Source: Amoebophrya sp. A120
Lineage: Eukaryota > Protista > Dinoflagellata
Direction: 5' to 3'
NCBI GenBank assembly: GCA_905178155.1
Contig: CAJINV010000013.1
Span: forward strand, 610,344 to 674,343
DNA length: 64,000 bases
Positions 11,901 to 22,948 of the stretch are shown here, piece after piece. The notes beneath the pieces were generated by a model. It was not told the DNA's origin and made no database searches. It saw only the letters and a list, made by a program, of their open reading frames with translations. Each line of letters begins with the position of its first letter. Position 1 is the stretch's first letter. The translations under genes were made by a program, and so were the position numbers.

Positions 11901-13617
11901 ATTTCTCGACGTTTCCGAAGTTGCGGAGAACGAACAAGTGGCGTTTTTCCACTACCATTCTGGCGCGACGCAGCATTGGTTTTTCGACCCGGAGAGTGGG
12001 ACCGTCAGGACATTTTTACTGGAAAGATTAGAGGAGGAGAAGAAAAAACCCGGGGCGAACAAAGCGAAGGCTGTTTCCTTTGGGGATGCAAGTACAAACA
12101 ACAGCAGCTTCTACGCCTCTCCTGGTAGCCCGGCTGCGACGGGGGCTCTGCTCACGGGGACCAGGGCGCCGGGCCAGACCAGAAGCGTGTCACCTGGCGG
12201 CACTGCTACGATAACCAGTTCGGACCGGTCGCTTTCGCCCGACGACGACGACGACATGGAACAAATCCACGATCCCCGCCCGGGCTTCATGAAGACAACC
12301 TACGCGAGAAGGCTCAAAAAGCGCACCCACGTTTACGACCCAACCATCGGCGGCGCAATCCCGGAAGAGGAGGCGGAGCTGCAGATCCACGACCAGGTGG
12401 AGGCGAAGATTATTGGGGAAAACAACCGCGTCACGAAGTTCACGCCGATCATCCAGCAACAGAGAAAAGAACACGAGAATCAGATGGGGGAAATGCTTGA
12501 GAAATGCGACTTGTCGCAATTCGGGATGCTACCGTCTGGGACGACGATAGAATCCGCGGCGTTTCCGAACATCAATTTACCTGCCTACATCCGGTCAAAG
12601 TTCTTTAACCCGACTCTGGAATACGTGTCCGATGAGGACGAGAACGGAAATGTGCTGAAGCGCGCAAATTGGATTTTTAATGTCGAGAAACCAAGGACAA
12701 CCGCGAAGCACGAGCAGCACAAGATGCAGAGACGATTTTTGAACAAGGGCATCGTTTTGTTGCCCGCGTCGAACACTTTTGCCGGTACGAAGGAGTTGAA
12801 CCTGAGAAGGTTGGAGTGGGCCGTGGAGGATTTTCACGACGACGACTACCACAAGCCTGCCCACGTGAATACAGCGAAAAACACCCACGGGGTGAACTTC
12901 ACTCCCCGAAGCCGGTCCTTGACGCCACCGAGAGATGGAAGACGAGCAACAGATAATTACAAAACATCGGAGTCGATGCTCCTCCCCGGGCGAAGTCGCT
13001 CCGCCGACGCGGCGGAACACTACGAGAGACAGTTTTTGAAGCGCAGGTCGACGCTGATGGGGAGTTCGAAGAATCTGAAATTCAACAAGTCCTCCCACCT
13101 GCGCACCATCAGCCTCGGAATGGGCGGCACGGGTGCCGGATCGCCGGTCGCGAGCCACTTCGCGAAAACGCTGTTTCAGCAGCAGATGCAGCTGATTTCC
13201 ACCAGCTCGCTGTCCTCCTCCGCGTTCTCCCAGTTTTCCCAGACGACGTCGCTGCTTTCCCAGCACTTCATGCAGAAAGTCAACCCGTTTCGCGTGGAAA
13301 TGGTCGCCAGAAGTTTGCAGAACAAGTTCGACGCGACCGCCGCAGACGAGCGAGCTTTGCTGAAATTGTACCGGGGGAGAGTGATGGTGTTGGGATTGAG
13401 GAATAACAAAGTGGTCCTAGTGCCGGAAGGAAGCAGGGACCAGCTGGTGTTCTTGAAAAATGTTTGTATTGTGACAAACAAGGTGAACATGGATAGAGAA
13501 GGCGGGAACAATGTGTTATTCACCGACGAGGACACTGCAGGGGATGACGGAACAATCGGAAATCAACCAGGAGAAGACTTGGCGGAATTGCAGCTGCAGT
13601 TGTTGCAGAAGAGATGA
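5944..13617 (+). CDS. 2557-aa single-exon hypothetical protein with low-complexity and coiled-coil regions; possible dynein-stalk MTBD-like and beta-trefoil-like segments
   Basis: Uninterrupted 7.67-kb ORF with coding-like composition. Domain guesses come from motif resemblance only. Confidence 0.85.
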   Translation: MAPQQDSTAPPRPMRGSSPPQSSARDAALQDDDDDDVNDAPANNNRTVSQTLDNIEFSMPLGALQSQGVFSSSGSGGPDNSFSMSRLLMKDERTVDMSMGAPLAGNSGSAAARGVRSATSPGGSVAVSNAASKAMNNDDADLDALIGGPRGDRLRESRMSRQLQKQQMKSGALRTGAPGNKFSSSSMQSAGGEVTPYLAFLQAGGLDAVEMNYDYARIVDTPQPRPSSAPDKMNITKSIMGNRPTQNLQSDSASKPSLFLNPKYNRKHLEIRLLTTDNQLLFFEPANSNDRTGILSRKAGEVAQIRRLQEVPDVVLTSNSTWRLKKDGMLLTRSTGAFAVCEKKIRRDSRVNIMTPIRASNILQHFVMHYEFGTTTSNADGTTPEGTSRTEQQSLALALQQATDGKTAGSSTASRNYANKAIISTTSTQDLTEEQIQEQLEEQRYEQQKYLDAFSLAPAAMPWLRVGTSIQGQLQLVPKADQEKVLVFYSPQMAKKLVEEHALQRQYGNKAGSFKKQHVPFMTRVHRERKAIEESLVTLQAKAHKTVTESFEIQSLQSRLANAEGFRLLLLRNRFDPFFDGSQLLGLDLVQHSHDIKEKALEYFRMASLYTKAFYKKKKELDAVFGQSGKNGVTSRSNSKTKAELNAATDDPELNQLIADELAKHHFDAYKKVISKQVCLPGTSRKWSEPVFDVETNKGPDERKVLKTHIISLRQEVPFNIHDPFDPFWMKCETDAAEFHRTLVSSKHHTHLVTGSNQANAFGAHTKPGSLLATQNQKQSSSVEKIQNVAPGSAAAAVEQYLSSNSKNTVSSNLLSGGRVGGSATSPSSGNNISSGILNLDSTNVGNNNSANNKQVDAITSISRQHEKQALQRMNSLLRKTGQLREDARKASQRDKDDNQPTEVDDREKLKQIEEEKKKLLGFAMGLDNVASKVQKVQDSVENSGQNSPSGSRQSPGLFNFFPENASDLGEAGPPGGTAGGGLSPSDGMSLNANTDANSVLDNDSQPASITSRSRGGSRGGLMSPTKASMQRKQVARSNSAANDKDAPNANSPSAASILGGTSSAGGSGMNKDTATAKDQQTTKSKAVSSAYDAQMREQAAKAMKKRVEFLKLMQESFLKLRFLHAWPAWQLEELFRAHVAPVKNGKNGGKTAGDSHQQHPSKQHWLLNESFLRTLQHGPTSMPTPENCRQVADMIEKMKQLLKQDIQPRNTPIFLQIALKVLESAYFLLQKMHLACAKVNPEPVFVTRKEALRIPRMLHRWEKEKARRLVPSERVNQLPEILQIKKEVTDLNTRIVSTRGRINWTLSRLEFIHLRSLKSTEPNGTNLLDILKAVQHLLAGILPEDQLPLHFNVPARPKYMESWKPGIHLMLSDLAKFKNALFDAWQDVEDLLAKDELLKQAKKQQSRSRSNSPAGGAAREKENNKQTEEQDEELSIGSYWKPHLRRLIKACGKPLSTGINEQRLANFKHCRVVISALTLDPYTGKFTNVTSMFKDDKACAFLFKFVQNLTMLKEMVEKLLELKQESKEVEEAGIFYIWETETKRELELQHRNKGEIARMREKEALAAGGGSGAAGATSSTGAVADKDVDDAIKAAQDEAIAAAATKGRLSSTTRNVMEKKRAKLEQLEQLLLAEQEIAFSQPELEKQLSGAAGTEQQEDPDYVNKKAKHEALLLALRAEKRELDAILANQPPSTSAAGAANKGLLRRSSTVSLEKADSGVQDGTDGTNASSAAAKKALLRRMSTTGLDHTGLEQEDLPASLAPYRFANDDRHPDEILPGGGTAANSAEGNKQAEDVESAGAATTALQLQSPLNLKRGLPGPPMSPRQAGAIAVEADKKYLRSLKSVELDGGQKQPDGTSTAKQQDFTASKTPGVFGGLLKQEKYHKQQNIEKQKIQKQMEQEVPRSASDFFTGVKRLDKDLNSSYFEFELHATWRGRRIGLELEKQLAQENGVEIFQISRSSNDTLGLQCVVDKSFLRLKQDLCQFLDVSEVAENEQVAFFHYHSGATQHWFFDPESGTVRTFLLERLEEEKKKPGANKAKAVSFGDASTNNSSFYASPGSPAATGALLTGTRAPGQTRSVSPGGTATITSSDRSLSPDDDDDMEQIHDPRPGFMKTTYARRLKKRTHVYDPTIGGAIPEEEAELQIHDQVEAKIIGENNRVTKFTPIIQQQRKEHENQMGEMLEKCDLSQFGMLPSGTTIESAAFPNINLPAYIRSKFFNPTLEYVSDEDENGNVLKRANWIFNVEKPRTTAKHEQHKMQRRFLNKGIVLLPASNTFAGTKELNLRRLEWAVEDFHDDDYHKPAHVNTAKNTHGVNFTPRSRSLTPPRDGRRATDNYKTSESMLLPGRSRSADAAEHYERQFLKRRSTLMGSSKNLKFNKSSHLRTISLGMGGTGAGSPVASHFAKTLFQQQMQLISTSSLSSSAFSQFSQTTSLLSQHFMQKVNPFRVEMVARSLQNKFDATAADERALLKLYRGRVMVLGLRNNKVVLVPEGSRDQLVFLKNVCIVTNKVNMDREGGNNVLFTDEDTAGDDGTIGNQPGEDLAELQLQLLQKR

Positions 13618-14584
13618 GATGACGAAGTAGAAAAGTTTTTCTTTTTCAATTTACCCATTCCCTTTGAAATGAAAAATTCGAGATCGATCGTATGGTTATC
13701 GTATTTCCTTGGAACTCAATCGTATGTGTAGTGGTACACTTTTCATCATCGCGGTGTACTGTGTTTTTTGCGCATCAACGGTCGCATTCGCAAGGTAGCA
13801 CTACCGTATTGCCAAAATATTTAATTTCCCTACATTAATCGAGAGTTTTGAGTACTTCGCACTGATTTTTCCGGATAAATTTCGCTCTACCAAGTTCTAC
13901 TTTGATTTGTCGCACCAGCGAAGCAGAAAAAGCAAAGCCTGCTTGTGAAATAGGGGACTGCACCCGTCCCCGTCGGTGTTCGCGAGGAGTCGTTCTGGTA
14001 TATGTATTCTTGGTATCTTATTCTTACTCGTCATCGTCGCTTCTCCTCGTTTTGTCGTTCTTTCTCGACCATAAATGGGGTTTTGGTTTGGAATAATTGA
14101 GAGTCATGCAAAGTTTGTTATCGTTCCTCGACCACGATCACGAAGAAGAAGATGGTTGTGTGAGCTCGAGAGAGACGAGCGCAGAAGAAGATTCGTAAAG
14201 CAACGCCGTATGTTGAGTCAATTGTTCCTTGTTTGGTTCGACAAATTGTTTTTCCAACATGATACTAGCTACGGCAGAGATCACTATTTTGCTTTAAACC
14301 ACTTGCACTTGCAACCGGGCGGAGAAGTCGACCAGAGGGACTGAAGACCGTCTTCGCAGCGCTCATTTGCATTTCGCTCCTTGCCCCACAAACATCTACA
14401 AACATCCTGGTTCGACCACTACTCAGTACAACGAGAGGCACCTCCACCAGAAAAATTCGAACAACCTCCACACTCGCTGGTTCCAAATCCATCACGGGTG
14501 TTTGAGGCGGCTTCGTTCATCTTGTACAAGGTCTTAGTCGCGGCACACCAGCAGAACTACATCTATCAAGAGCAAACCCCGAAG

Positions 14585-17216
14585 ATGTCCGAGGAACCAG
14601 AGAACCCCAATCCCGAGGACGGCGAGCTGAACGACGAGGAGGAGGAGGAGGAGCAGGAGTACGAAAGAGACCCGCTCGAGCAGGTTTGGGCGTATGGGCT
14701 AAACGATGCGATAAAGATCCAGGAGGAAAACATAGCGGCCAAATCCGGGAACTTCTTCGAGGATTTTTTGAACTGCTGCGAGGAATTTAGGCTCATTCCG
14801 CATCCGGCAATGTCAAAAGAGAAATTCGCGAACAGCATTGTCTGCAAGGGGCTCTTGCTGGATCTGTGCTCCGTGAAGATCATGCGGTACAGTGAGTTTG
14901 GAAATGACAAAAAATATTGCCGGCTGCTTTCTGTTTTGACATTTCAGAACATCGAAGCATTTCCTGGTGTAAGTATGTTTTTTTGTCAAGCCCACACTTT
15001 CTTATCACAAAAAAAAATCAACAGGCACCTCCTCCCAACGTCCCAAACCGTTGAGCATCTGAAGTTCACAAATTGCCGTCTCGATGCGGAGATGGTCGGA
15101 TTGTTAACAGACGCGTTGGCGGAAGAGCGAACAACAGTAAAAACGCTAGTCCTGGACTGGAACAAAGTCGAGGTATACATATCGCTTTGCGCTGGTCAAC
15201 ATCTTCCGTTCCTCTGCGCCTTTTGCTTAAGACCCTCTGCAGCCTGACTGCTATGTATGAGAAGAAACATGGGACACCCATTAAATCGAAAAATCAACTT
15301 GATGACATTACAAACAGCTCCCCCTCAGCATACCCGACGACGTGACGGAGATTCCGAGGCTAGAGCATCTAGAAATCCAGCGACTCTCCGACCAGGGAAA
15401 ACGGGACGCGCAACTGTGGATCGAGCTGGTGTTGGAGTCCACCGATATGCCGAGCATGAGGCACGTGGTCGAACGGCTAAAGAGGGAGCAGTGGGCACCC
15501 TCTGCTAGTAGGAGGGATTTGCGCAGGTGCGACTTAGCGAATGACAGGATCGACTACCCGCAGTTTTGCTACCACTTCGGGGCCAGGATAGGGGTAAGAA
15601 AGATTTCACTTCTTCATGACGCGTTTGTCATTCTTCATCTTCATTTTGTACTAGCCGCAAGGCAACTCCAACTTTTGCATCCCGCGAGGAGACGCGCTCT
15701 CTCGTTACCATGAAAATGTTGTTTGTGGGTGGGAATACAAACTTCACAAAAACGCATTCCACCCAGGTCCCGATGCGCGACGACCTTTTTCAACGCGCGT
15801 TTGACTACTTCGACGGCCCGGCGTTTGGCGGAGGGCAGGGCAGTTTCAAACTCGACATTGTCGAGAAGGGCAGTGAACAGATCCCAATAATAACCGCTAC
15901 CGACTTCCCCCCTGCGCCACCAGCAGAAGAGGCCGCCGAGGGCGGCGCAGAGCCGGTAGAGGAGGCAAGAGACGCAGTCGGGGCAGTATGGCACAAGCTG
16001 ATAAACTCGAGTTTTGTGGAAAGTTTATCAGCGAGGTGTAGCGGGCTGTCACGGTATTGCTGTTTGGTTGTAGTGTCTTGTCATATTCCTGATCGATCGT
16101 GGCGACCCGGGCGCACTGAGTGCGCCCGGGTCGCAACTACGTTCTCTGATGAACATAATGGGGAAGGCGCGTAGCGTTATTGTTTGATAATGATTTGTCC
16201 TCTCGTGAATCTAAATCAGGTTGGAAGCCCCAGCACTAGGTGAGGCCCTGCGCGGGCAAAATTTCCTGCGGCAACTGAATCTCTACGGCAACAACCTGTC
16301 GGACCGGAGTATGGCAGTCTTTGCGCCCTGTTTCGCGGAGAATAGCTCCCTAGAATTCCTCGGTTTGGGGAACAACAGCATAACGGATGCGGGGATGCAG
16401 TCCTTGTGCGAGTATATTGATTCTAGTCTTAGTGCTCACGACGGTTTTTTCCATAATTCGCCACATTCTACGAAAATGGTTTGCCTGTCATTTATGGTGC
16501 GTTTTTTACTGATCTGAACTACATGGCACGAAAAAATTTTGAAGTTGAAGCCCCTCCAATACGAAACACCAATCGACTTGCAGCTACCTCGGCGCTACGA
16601 TAATTGAGGACAAGGCTCCCGCGGACGAACGAATAGCCGCGCAGTCTGCCAGTAGTCTACCGGCGGCGAGCAAAGATGGAGCGGGGAACGAGAGGTATCT
16701 GCGGGAAGCGGTGCATGTCGACCAAGTAATAGAAATACCACCGCCTGGGCCTGACGAGAACACGCCGACGAGATACTACTGGTAGGAAATGTGTTTTGTG
16801 GAAGATTGAGGTGCATACATTCCAACGACTATTCTTCTTGATGTCATGGTCTTTTATTTCGACGAACCCACACATGTTCACGCTGTACTGAACGATGCGC
16901 ACAAGTACGTGCTAGAAAATTAATCAAGTATCGCTGCAGGTTCCGCAACAAGACCCTGAAACACCTGAACCTTTCGTCGAACCGGATAAAGAACGTAGAA
17001 CAGACGAAAGAGCTTCTTTCCCTGGGCAACCCCACCGCGGTGATAGTGCTGAAGGGTAATCCCGTCGTTGTGGAACTGCAAGCCGAGCAGTACGTGAGCC
17101 CCTCGCCCATACCGCCGGTGGAAGACGGGGAGTTACCCACCACCGGATGGCAGGTAGACTACGGGCAAATCGTCGCGCCCGCACCGGCTTCACCGCCACC
17201 GGAGGAGAGAGTGTAG
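14585..17216 (+). CDS. RI-type leucine-rich repeat protein (LRRC71-like); exons 14585-14886, 15025-15172, 15318-15593, 15767-16053, 16220-16411, 16584-16781, 16940-17216
   Basis: Six GT-AG introns (138-173 nt) give one continuous frame with LRRs: LRQLNLYGNNLSD, LEFLGLGNNSITD, LKHLNLSSNRI. Confidence 0.75.
16102..16134. repeat. Perfect GC-rich inverted repeat (16-bp arms, 1-nt spacer) inside intron 16054-16219
   Basis: gcgacccgggcgcact-g-agtgcgcccgggtcgc. Confidence 0.95.
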
Positions 17217-18037
17217 CTGCGCTCGGGCTTCATTTTCGTGGTGGACAAGATGCAATAAAACCGAATTCATGAAGGATAGAGTGTCCATACTCGTCTGAAA
17301 AAGAATATCCTAGTTTTTAAGCCAGTTTCAACAAAAAGGCCGAGGTCGAAGTTTACGTTTCGCACGAAGAAGCTTCTCGTTTCGCACAGTGAAGATTGAA
17401 TAGAACCCAAAAGAATAGACGAGCGATGATACGCTTCGTTTCGCAGCTCGAACCTGCTGGATCATGTAGGATTGTACCAAAGAAGAAAAGGAATGCACTA
17501 ATCAAAGCAACACATTGCGCAAGAGTGGACTGCTTGATGCGTTTTCTTTTTCATCTGCGTCTTCGTCTTGCTCCTGGTTTTCGTACTATGCTAAGGTCGC
17601 TTTTCGTTTGAGTCGTCGTTTATCGGAGGACGCGTGTCGACGACCACACACGACTCTCGATTTTTCGAGGACTGGTAAGTAAAGGGTCGGATTTTTCAGA
17701 GGAGGGATCGCAGGTGCAGAGTGAGCTCTTTGTGCTTGTCGTTTTCGTGTCAGTCACGCATTTGAGTGAGGTAAAGGAGATGATAGTGCCGATTATGAGC
17801 GCCGATCGTCCCCCTCCCCGTTCGTTTTCGTGCCTTTTGATGTGGATTGGCAGCACTCGATGGATTTCTTTGTACTGTTGACGCGCGACTTTTTTCCCGT
17901 CTCTAGTTTCATCTTCTGTCCCATTGTACAAACCTCGTCTTCTGCAGAGTAGAAACAAAAGTAGCGTGGTCAACAAGATGAAGATGTGAGCAACAGCGAA
18001 GAAGTCCAGCACGATCACGCTGCATCAACAAGTTACC

Positions 18038-21000
18038 ATGACTGCGAAACTCAACCCCGCTTCCTACCTGGAACAGATCGCAGCCGAGCTCGGCGTCGAC
18101 GCTCCACGTGTGACCGCGGTCGATGCTGGTGGTCCTGGTGGCAAAAATGATAACACAAGTACTTCCGCGCTGCTCAACGAGCACGGCGAACTTTCCTTCA
18201 AAACGCTGGCGACGAAGGCGGATGATGAGAATAAAGCATCAAGTTCTAGAAACAAGAATCCACGCGGCCAGCATGTCCGGCGCCCGGAAGGTGAGACCAT
18301 GTCTTACGAGGTGTCCGGCCTGGAGTCTACTGCAACGGCAGGGGCGTACGGAGAGGGCAGCGGAGCCGGCGGTTTCGGAGGCGGGTTAGACGAGGACGAC
18401 GAGGATGCTGCATTGCGCACGTCTATGCAAAGCGCGAACAGGAGGAGTAGCGTCGGTAGACGCGACAGCGCCGCGGCCATCATGCAACAAAGCATGGACC
18501 TGCGCAGCAGTGAGCGGACAAGCGGAGCAGGAGGCAGCATGACTTCTCAGCCGAGAATAAAAGTTCGCGGCGTGCAGAGTGTGACTAGCGAGGGAGAGCA
18601 ACGAAGCAACCAAATGAAGCCGGACTTTCATCAGCAGCGAGCACAAGTCACACCAGCACCGGGGGGCTCTTTTCTTCCGCAAAAGATCCCAGTCGGGAGC
18701 TCGCAAGAACATTTCTCCGGGGGCCCGTTTGAATCGGGAACTCGTCCGGCGGACGACGCAGCATTGCAGCAATTATTGCGTTTGAAAATGGATAACGTCA
18801 CGAACCTGACCTTTTACACGGACAAAGGGGTGCCCATGAGTGCGAAGGTGGTTGGAAAGAAAGTTCCGAAGGGAAAATTGAGACACATTGCACGGGTTGG
18901 AGCGGTACTGCATCGATATGCTTTTAAGTATTTCAACCAGAAATAGAATGCGAAAGGGTTTTGTGCTGATTCTGACACGCGCAAAGACAAAATTTCAGCA
19001 TCGTCTTGCATGCTGACGCAAAAAATCATTCACATACCGATGCTTTAGGGCGGCGTCGACCCGTCATCCGCGGAACAGGAGCGCGAGCGTGAGAAAAACA
19101 AGCAGGCACTGAACCAACCGCCCAGCGGCGCCTTCGCGGTGCGCACGCGAATCGGACCCAACGGCGCCGTGGACTACCCACCGTACCGGTGGATGCGCGA
19201 CGAGACGGACCCATCGAGGTGGATCGCGGTGGTGGAAGCGGAGGATCTGGATGAAGACATTGTCGGCGATCTGATGACGGCGAAGCTGTCCCACACCGTG
19301 TTTGACCAAATCGAAAAGAGCAAGAAGTTGCCGGACCGGATTAAGATCCCCGTTGGCGGTGGAGAGCATCACGATCCGCACATGACCCGCGCCGTAGGAC
19401 AGTTTGACAGCCACATGCAGTCCTTCGACCCGAAGGCACATGCGGCGCGCATGTCCAACGAAGTACCAATGTCGGGAGGCGGTGGGGCGGTCCCCGCGCG
19501 GATGTCGTCAAACTACAATCAGCCGGGCTCCATGGCGATGGCAGGTCCACCGGGCAGCGGATTCGGAGGGCCGATGTCCGGCGGTGGGATGTTGCCCATG
19601 TCGGGCGGTATGTTGCCGATGTCAGGAGGAGGAGGGGCGCCTATGTCCGGACCGGGATCTGGCCGCGGGTTCGGCTCCGGAATGGGTTCGGCACCGGGCT
19701 CGATGGCCGGGGGCGGCGGCGGCATGGGATCCATGATGAGCGGGGGCGGCGGAGGTTTTGGACCCGGATCCATGACCAGCGGAGGCGGCTTTGCTCCGGA
19801 ATCGGGCGGCGGTTTTGCTCCGGGATCGGGCGGTGGTTTTGCGGGCTCGGGCATGGGATCGGCGCCGGGTTCGGGTGGTGGCTTCGACGGTGGTTCCGGG
19901 ATGGGATCCGCGCCGCCAGGGTCGTTTTTCTACCCGGAGGGAAAAGTAGACGGCGAGGAAGTAGAGACGAGTGCTTTCGTAAATAACAGAACCGCAAACA
20001 CCCCAGGGGGGAGCACTATTCTGAACCAGGGACCGCCGTCCGAAAACATGCTGGAAAAGATCGTGCAGCAAGCGTCATCGTCCTCCTCTTCCTCCTCGAC
20101 TCCTCGACCGGATGCTGATTTTACGAGGTTTTTGGAAAGCGCGAAATCGAGTTACGACCAGCGATTCGGGCACCAGCAGAGCAACAGACAGGAGAGTAGC
20201 CAGAAGCAAGCGAAAAAAGCGAAAAAGCACAAGAAAAACAAGAACTTCAATGGAGACGAAGGCTTTCGAGAAGACAAAGGCGAATACTACGGGACGGCCA
20301 GAGGTTCCTCAGCGGAGGGGAAGAAACAAAAGAAGAAAAAAAGTAGAGACAAAGCCGGCGGACAAGCATCTTCGCAACAGACGTCGATACCAGTTCCGAA
20401 ACTCCGCGGCGGCGCAAGAAGGTCGCAACTAATGCTGGACCCGGACGCCACGACGGAATCGTATTCTTCCTCCTCCTCGTCTTCCGGGCCGATGTCATCC
20501 GGATCTGACAGCAACGCCAGCAACCGAATTCGACACCTTCGGAAAAAAGTCCAGAGCAAGCGGCAAGTCTGTATTGAGGATGAATTCTTTTTTTGCTCTG
20601 ATGTGATGAATGAATTTTTTGTACTGCGAAACAACTTATGATTGATTTATGTGAAGAACCTGAACGCAAACACAGGACACCATTTTTACTGAACAGGAAT
20701 GATTTCATAAAAGCAAAAAAAATCAATTACCCGACCCACTAACAGACGACCCGTCCACCGGCCGGCGCCTGGTTACTCCCCGCGATGGCCGCCGCGCCGG
20801 CGACGATCCCTTTTACCTCGGCCAATTCCCACCCCGGCCACTCAAGGTGTCTGGCTCCGGGATTGCAGAGAGAAGAGGGTACAATTTGGAAACTATGCCG
20901 ACGACGCTTCCCAAGGTGAACATCGTGATCGGCGTGGAGTCGGACATCCAAAAACGGGTAGAAAGGGATCAGCTGCTCCAGCAAGCGCTGCAGGAAGCGA

Positions 21001-22948
21001 AACTCGCTCTGCGCGCCGTGAACACGAAGCTGCCGTCCGTCCCCTCCTTTGGCACGCAATCACTGGTCCGGTCGGCGAAGACCGATCTGCAGCGGCAACT
21101 GCTGCTGACCGCGATGGAGCTGTGGAAGCGACAGGGCACGGTGATCCACAAGTTCGAGGAATTGTTCCAAACCGTGCGGGAGGTGGTGGAGGAGGAAGCC
21201 AATCTCCACGTGCTGCATTGCGAGGAAAAGGAAGTTTTTCGGGCGGTTGCGAAGTTCATGACGAAGCACGATACGAAGGAAGTGCCCCCAGCGCCCAGTG
21301 ATTTGCAGATGGTCCGGACGGTGCGGCACGAGTTGGAAAAGCGGATCATCTTTCTGCGCAGGCACGCGGCAAATTTGAAAAAAGAGCTGCTCGCGTTGGA
21401 AAGGGACCACTGCTTCCACGGGCCGCGGCTGCTGCACAGCATCTTCCACGACGACAACAAGCACGGGCTGATGTCCAGCGTGGAGCGGGAGGTGATGGAG
21501 GAGGAGTTTGCGCTGTTGCGGAAGAAGCACAAAGTGATGGACATTTTGGCGAACTTGGTCGAAATGATCCGCGAAAACCGAGTGGAGTACTATTCCGAGA
21601 AGGCGAAGCTGGAGAGAGAAGCGGAACTCCACATGGAAATGGAGGAGAACCTGCAGAAGAGGTATATTTTTGAAAGAATCTTCGTAGGTACTTTTTGTTT
21701 GAGTTCTCTGTTCTTCTCAATCGGTTTTGGTTTGTTGTTCTGGAAGAGTGAAGCTTTCTGTTGCGAGGAACATACAAGGTGCACAGAAGTTAGTCCGAGT
21801 TATTTGATCAAAACTCAGGTTCACGACCGACGAAGTGCGACGGCGGCAGCACGAACTTTTGAAGAAGGCGTTCATGATATTACAATGAAAAATGCCCCCA
21901 CCCCCGAACTCGGGAGCATTTGTATTGCAAACCTTTCCAAATGAAACATTCGCCCTCGTGCATCTATCAGCATCACAGGTTTCCAATCGTGAATAGCAAA
22001 AATTTGTATTGCAAAAGACCCCAGCAAGAGCGACGCTTGTCATGCAAGCGATGCGATACACGCCTAGACTCTGCATCAGAAAGATCCATACTCCTTTCAT
22101 GCATGACAAAAAGTTTTCATTTGGAAACTTCGCATCACAAACTCTTGCAATTTCAGGGGTGGGGGGCACTCTTCACTGTAATACATGAACCAGGGCGGCG
22201 GCGAGTCCCCGTCCGAGATCGTGAAGAAGACGCAGCCCCTATCCTGAGTAAAAACGTACCCACACCAGAGTCAAGATGGGGACTTTGCAACACAAACCTA
22301 GGAGTTTTGGGAGTCACGCATGACAAGTTTCAGTCCGTAAGGTAGTGCCAGTTAGCAAGGAAAGCCGCATCACAAATCGATCTGCTAATCCTGTTTCCAG
22401 CATTACAAGTTCCCAAACACGATTGGAAATGCCTGTCATGGGGTTGCGCATCACAAATGTTCCTGTCATGGCAAATCTGCATGACAACTCTGGTGTGGGT
22501 ACGTTTTTACTCAGGATAGCCCCCGCCGCCGACCGATCTGGATCCGAAATTGAAGGAGGTTTTGGAAACGTTGGACAGCATCCGGCACCTGCCGAGCTAC
22601 CATTTGATATTCAAAGCGTTGCCGGATACGGTCGAAGAGGCCGAGCACGAGTTAATGCAGATGGAGGTGTTGGAGGCGAAATTGGAACGCTATTACAACA
22701 TCGAGGACAACGCGATCGGTGCGAGACTTCAGTTCCTCGTGAATGCGATCCGCACAAAGACAGGCGCTTTGCGGATGCGCATGCGCTCGCTCGACGACGG
22801 CGACGTCGACACGACGGGAGGGCTTTCGGCTAGCGTTCCAGTCGGTTTAGCCGGGCAGACGGGAAGGAAACAGGACAGCAACGCGGCACTGTACAGTGGG
22901 AAGGAGCGGGATCCGGTGGTGCTGCCAAGTGACTGGAAGACCTACTGA
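18038..22948 (+). CDS. Hypothetical protein with Gly/Met/Ser-rich middle and coiled-coil C-terminus; exons 18038-18904, 19049-20570, 20746-21661, 21819-21877, 22189-22239, 22524-22948
   Basis: Three GT-AG introns plus two TIR/TSD non-canonical introns join ORFs 18038, 19139, 20847 and 22550 in frame (..KKAFMNQGGGESPSEIVKKTQPPPPTDLDPKLKEVL..). Confidence 0.7.
21878..22183. mobile_element. Introner A (MITE-like non-canonical intron, 306 nt)
   Basis: ~31-bp imperfect TIR tattacaatgaaaaatgcccccacccccgaa / ttcaggggtggggggcactcttcactgtaata. Perfect TSD catga at 21873-77 and 22184-88. Removing 311 nt restores the frame. Confidence 0.9.
22240..22518. mobile_element. Introner B (279 nt)
   Basis: Perfect 32-bp TIR tatcctgagtaaaaacgtacccacaccagagt. 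TSD gcccc at 22235-39 and 22519-23. Removing 284 nt restores the frame. Confidence 0.95.

Noticed and set aside
314-13535. Many minus-strand ORFs of 100-300 aa
   Set aside because: Antisense shadows of GC-rich + strand coding sequence with no recognisable motifs.
21874-22184. U12-type AT-AC intron
   Set aside because: AT..AC arises only from one TSD register. There is no ATATCCT donor or U12 branch consensus, and sibling elements lack it.
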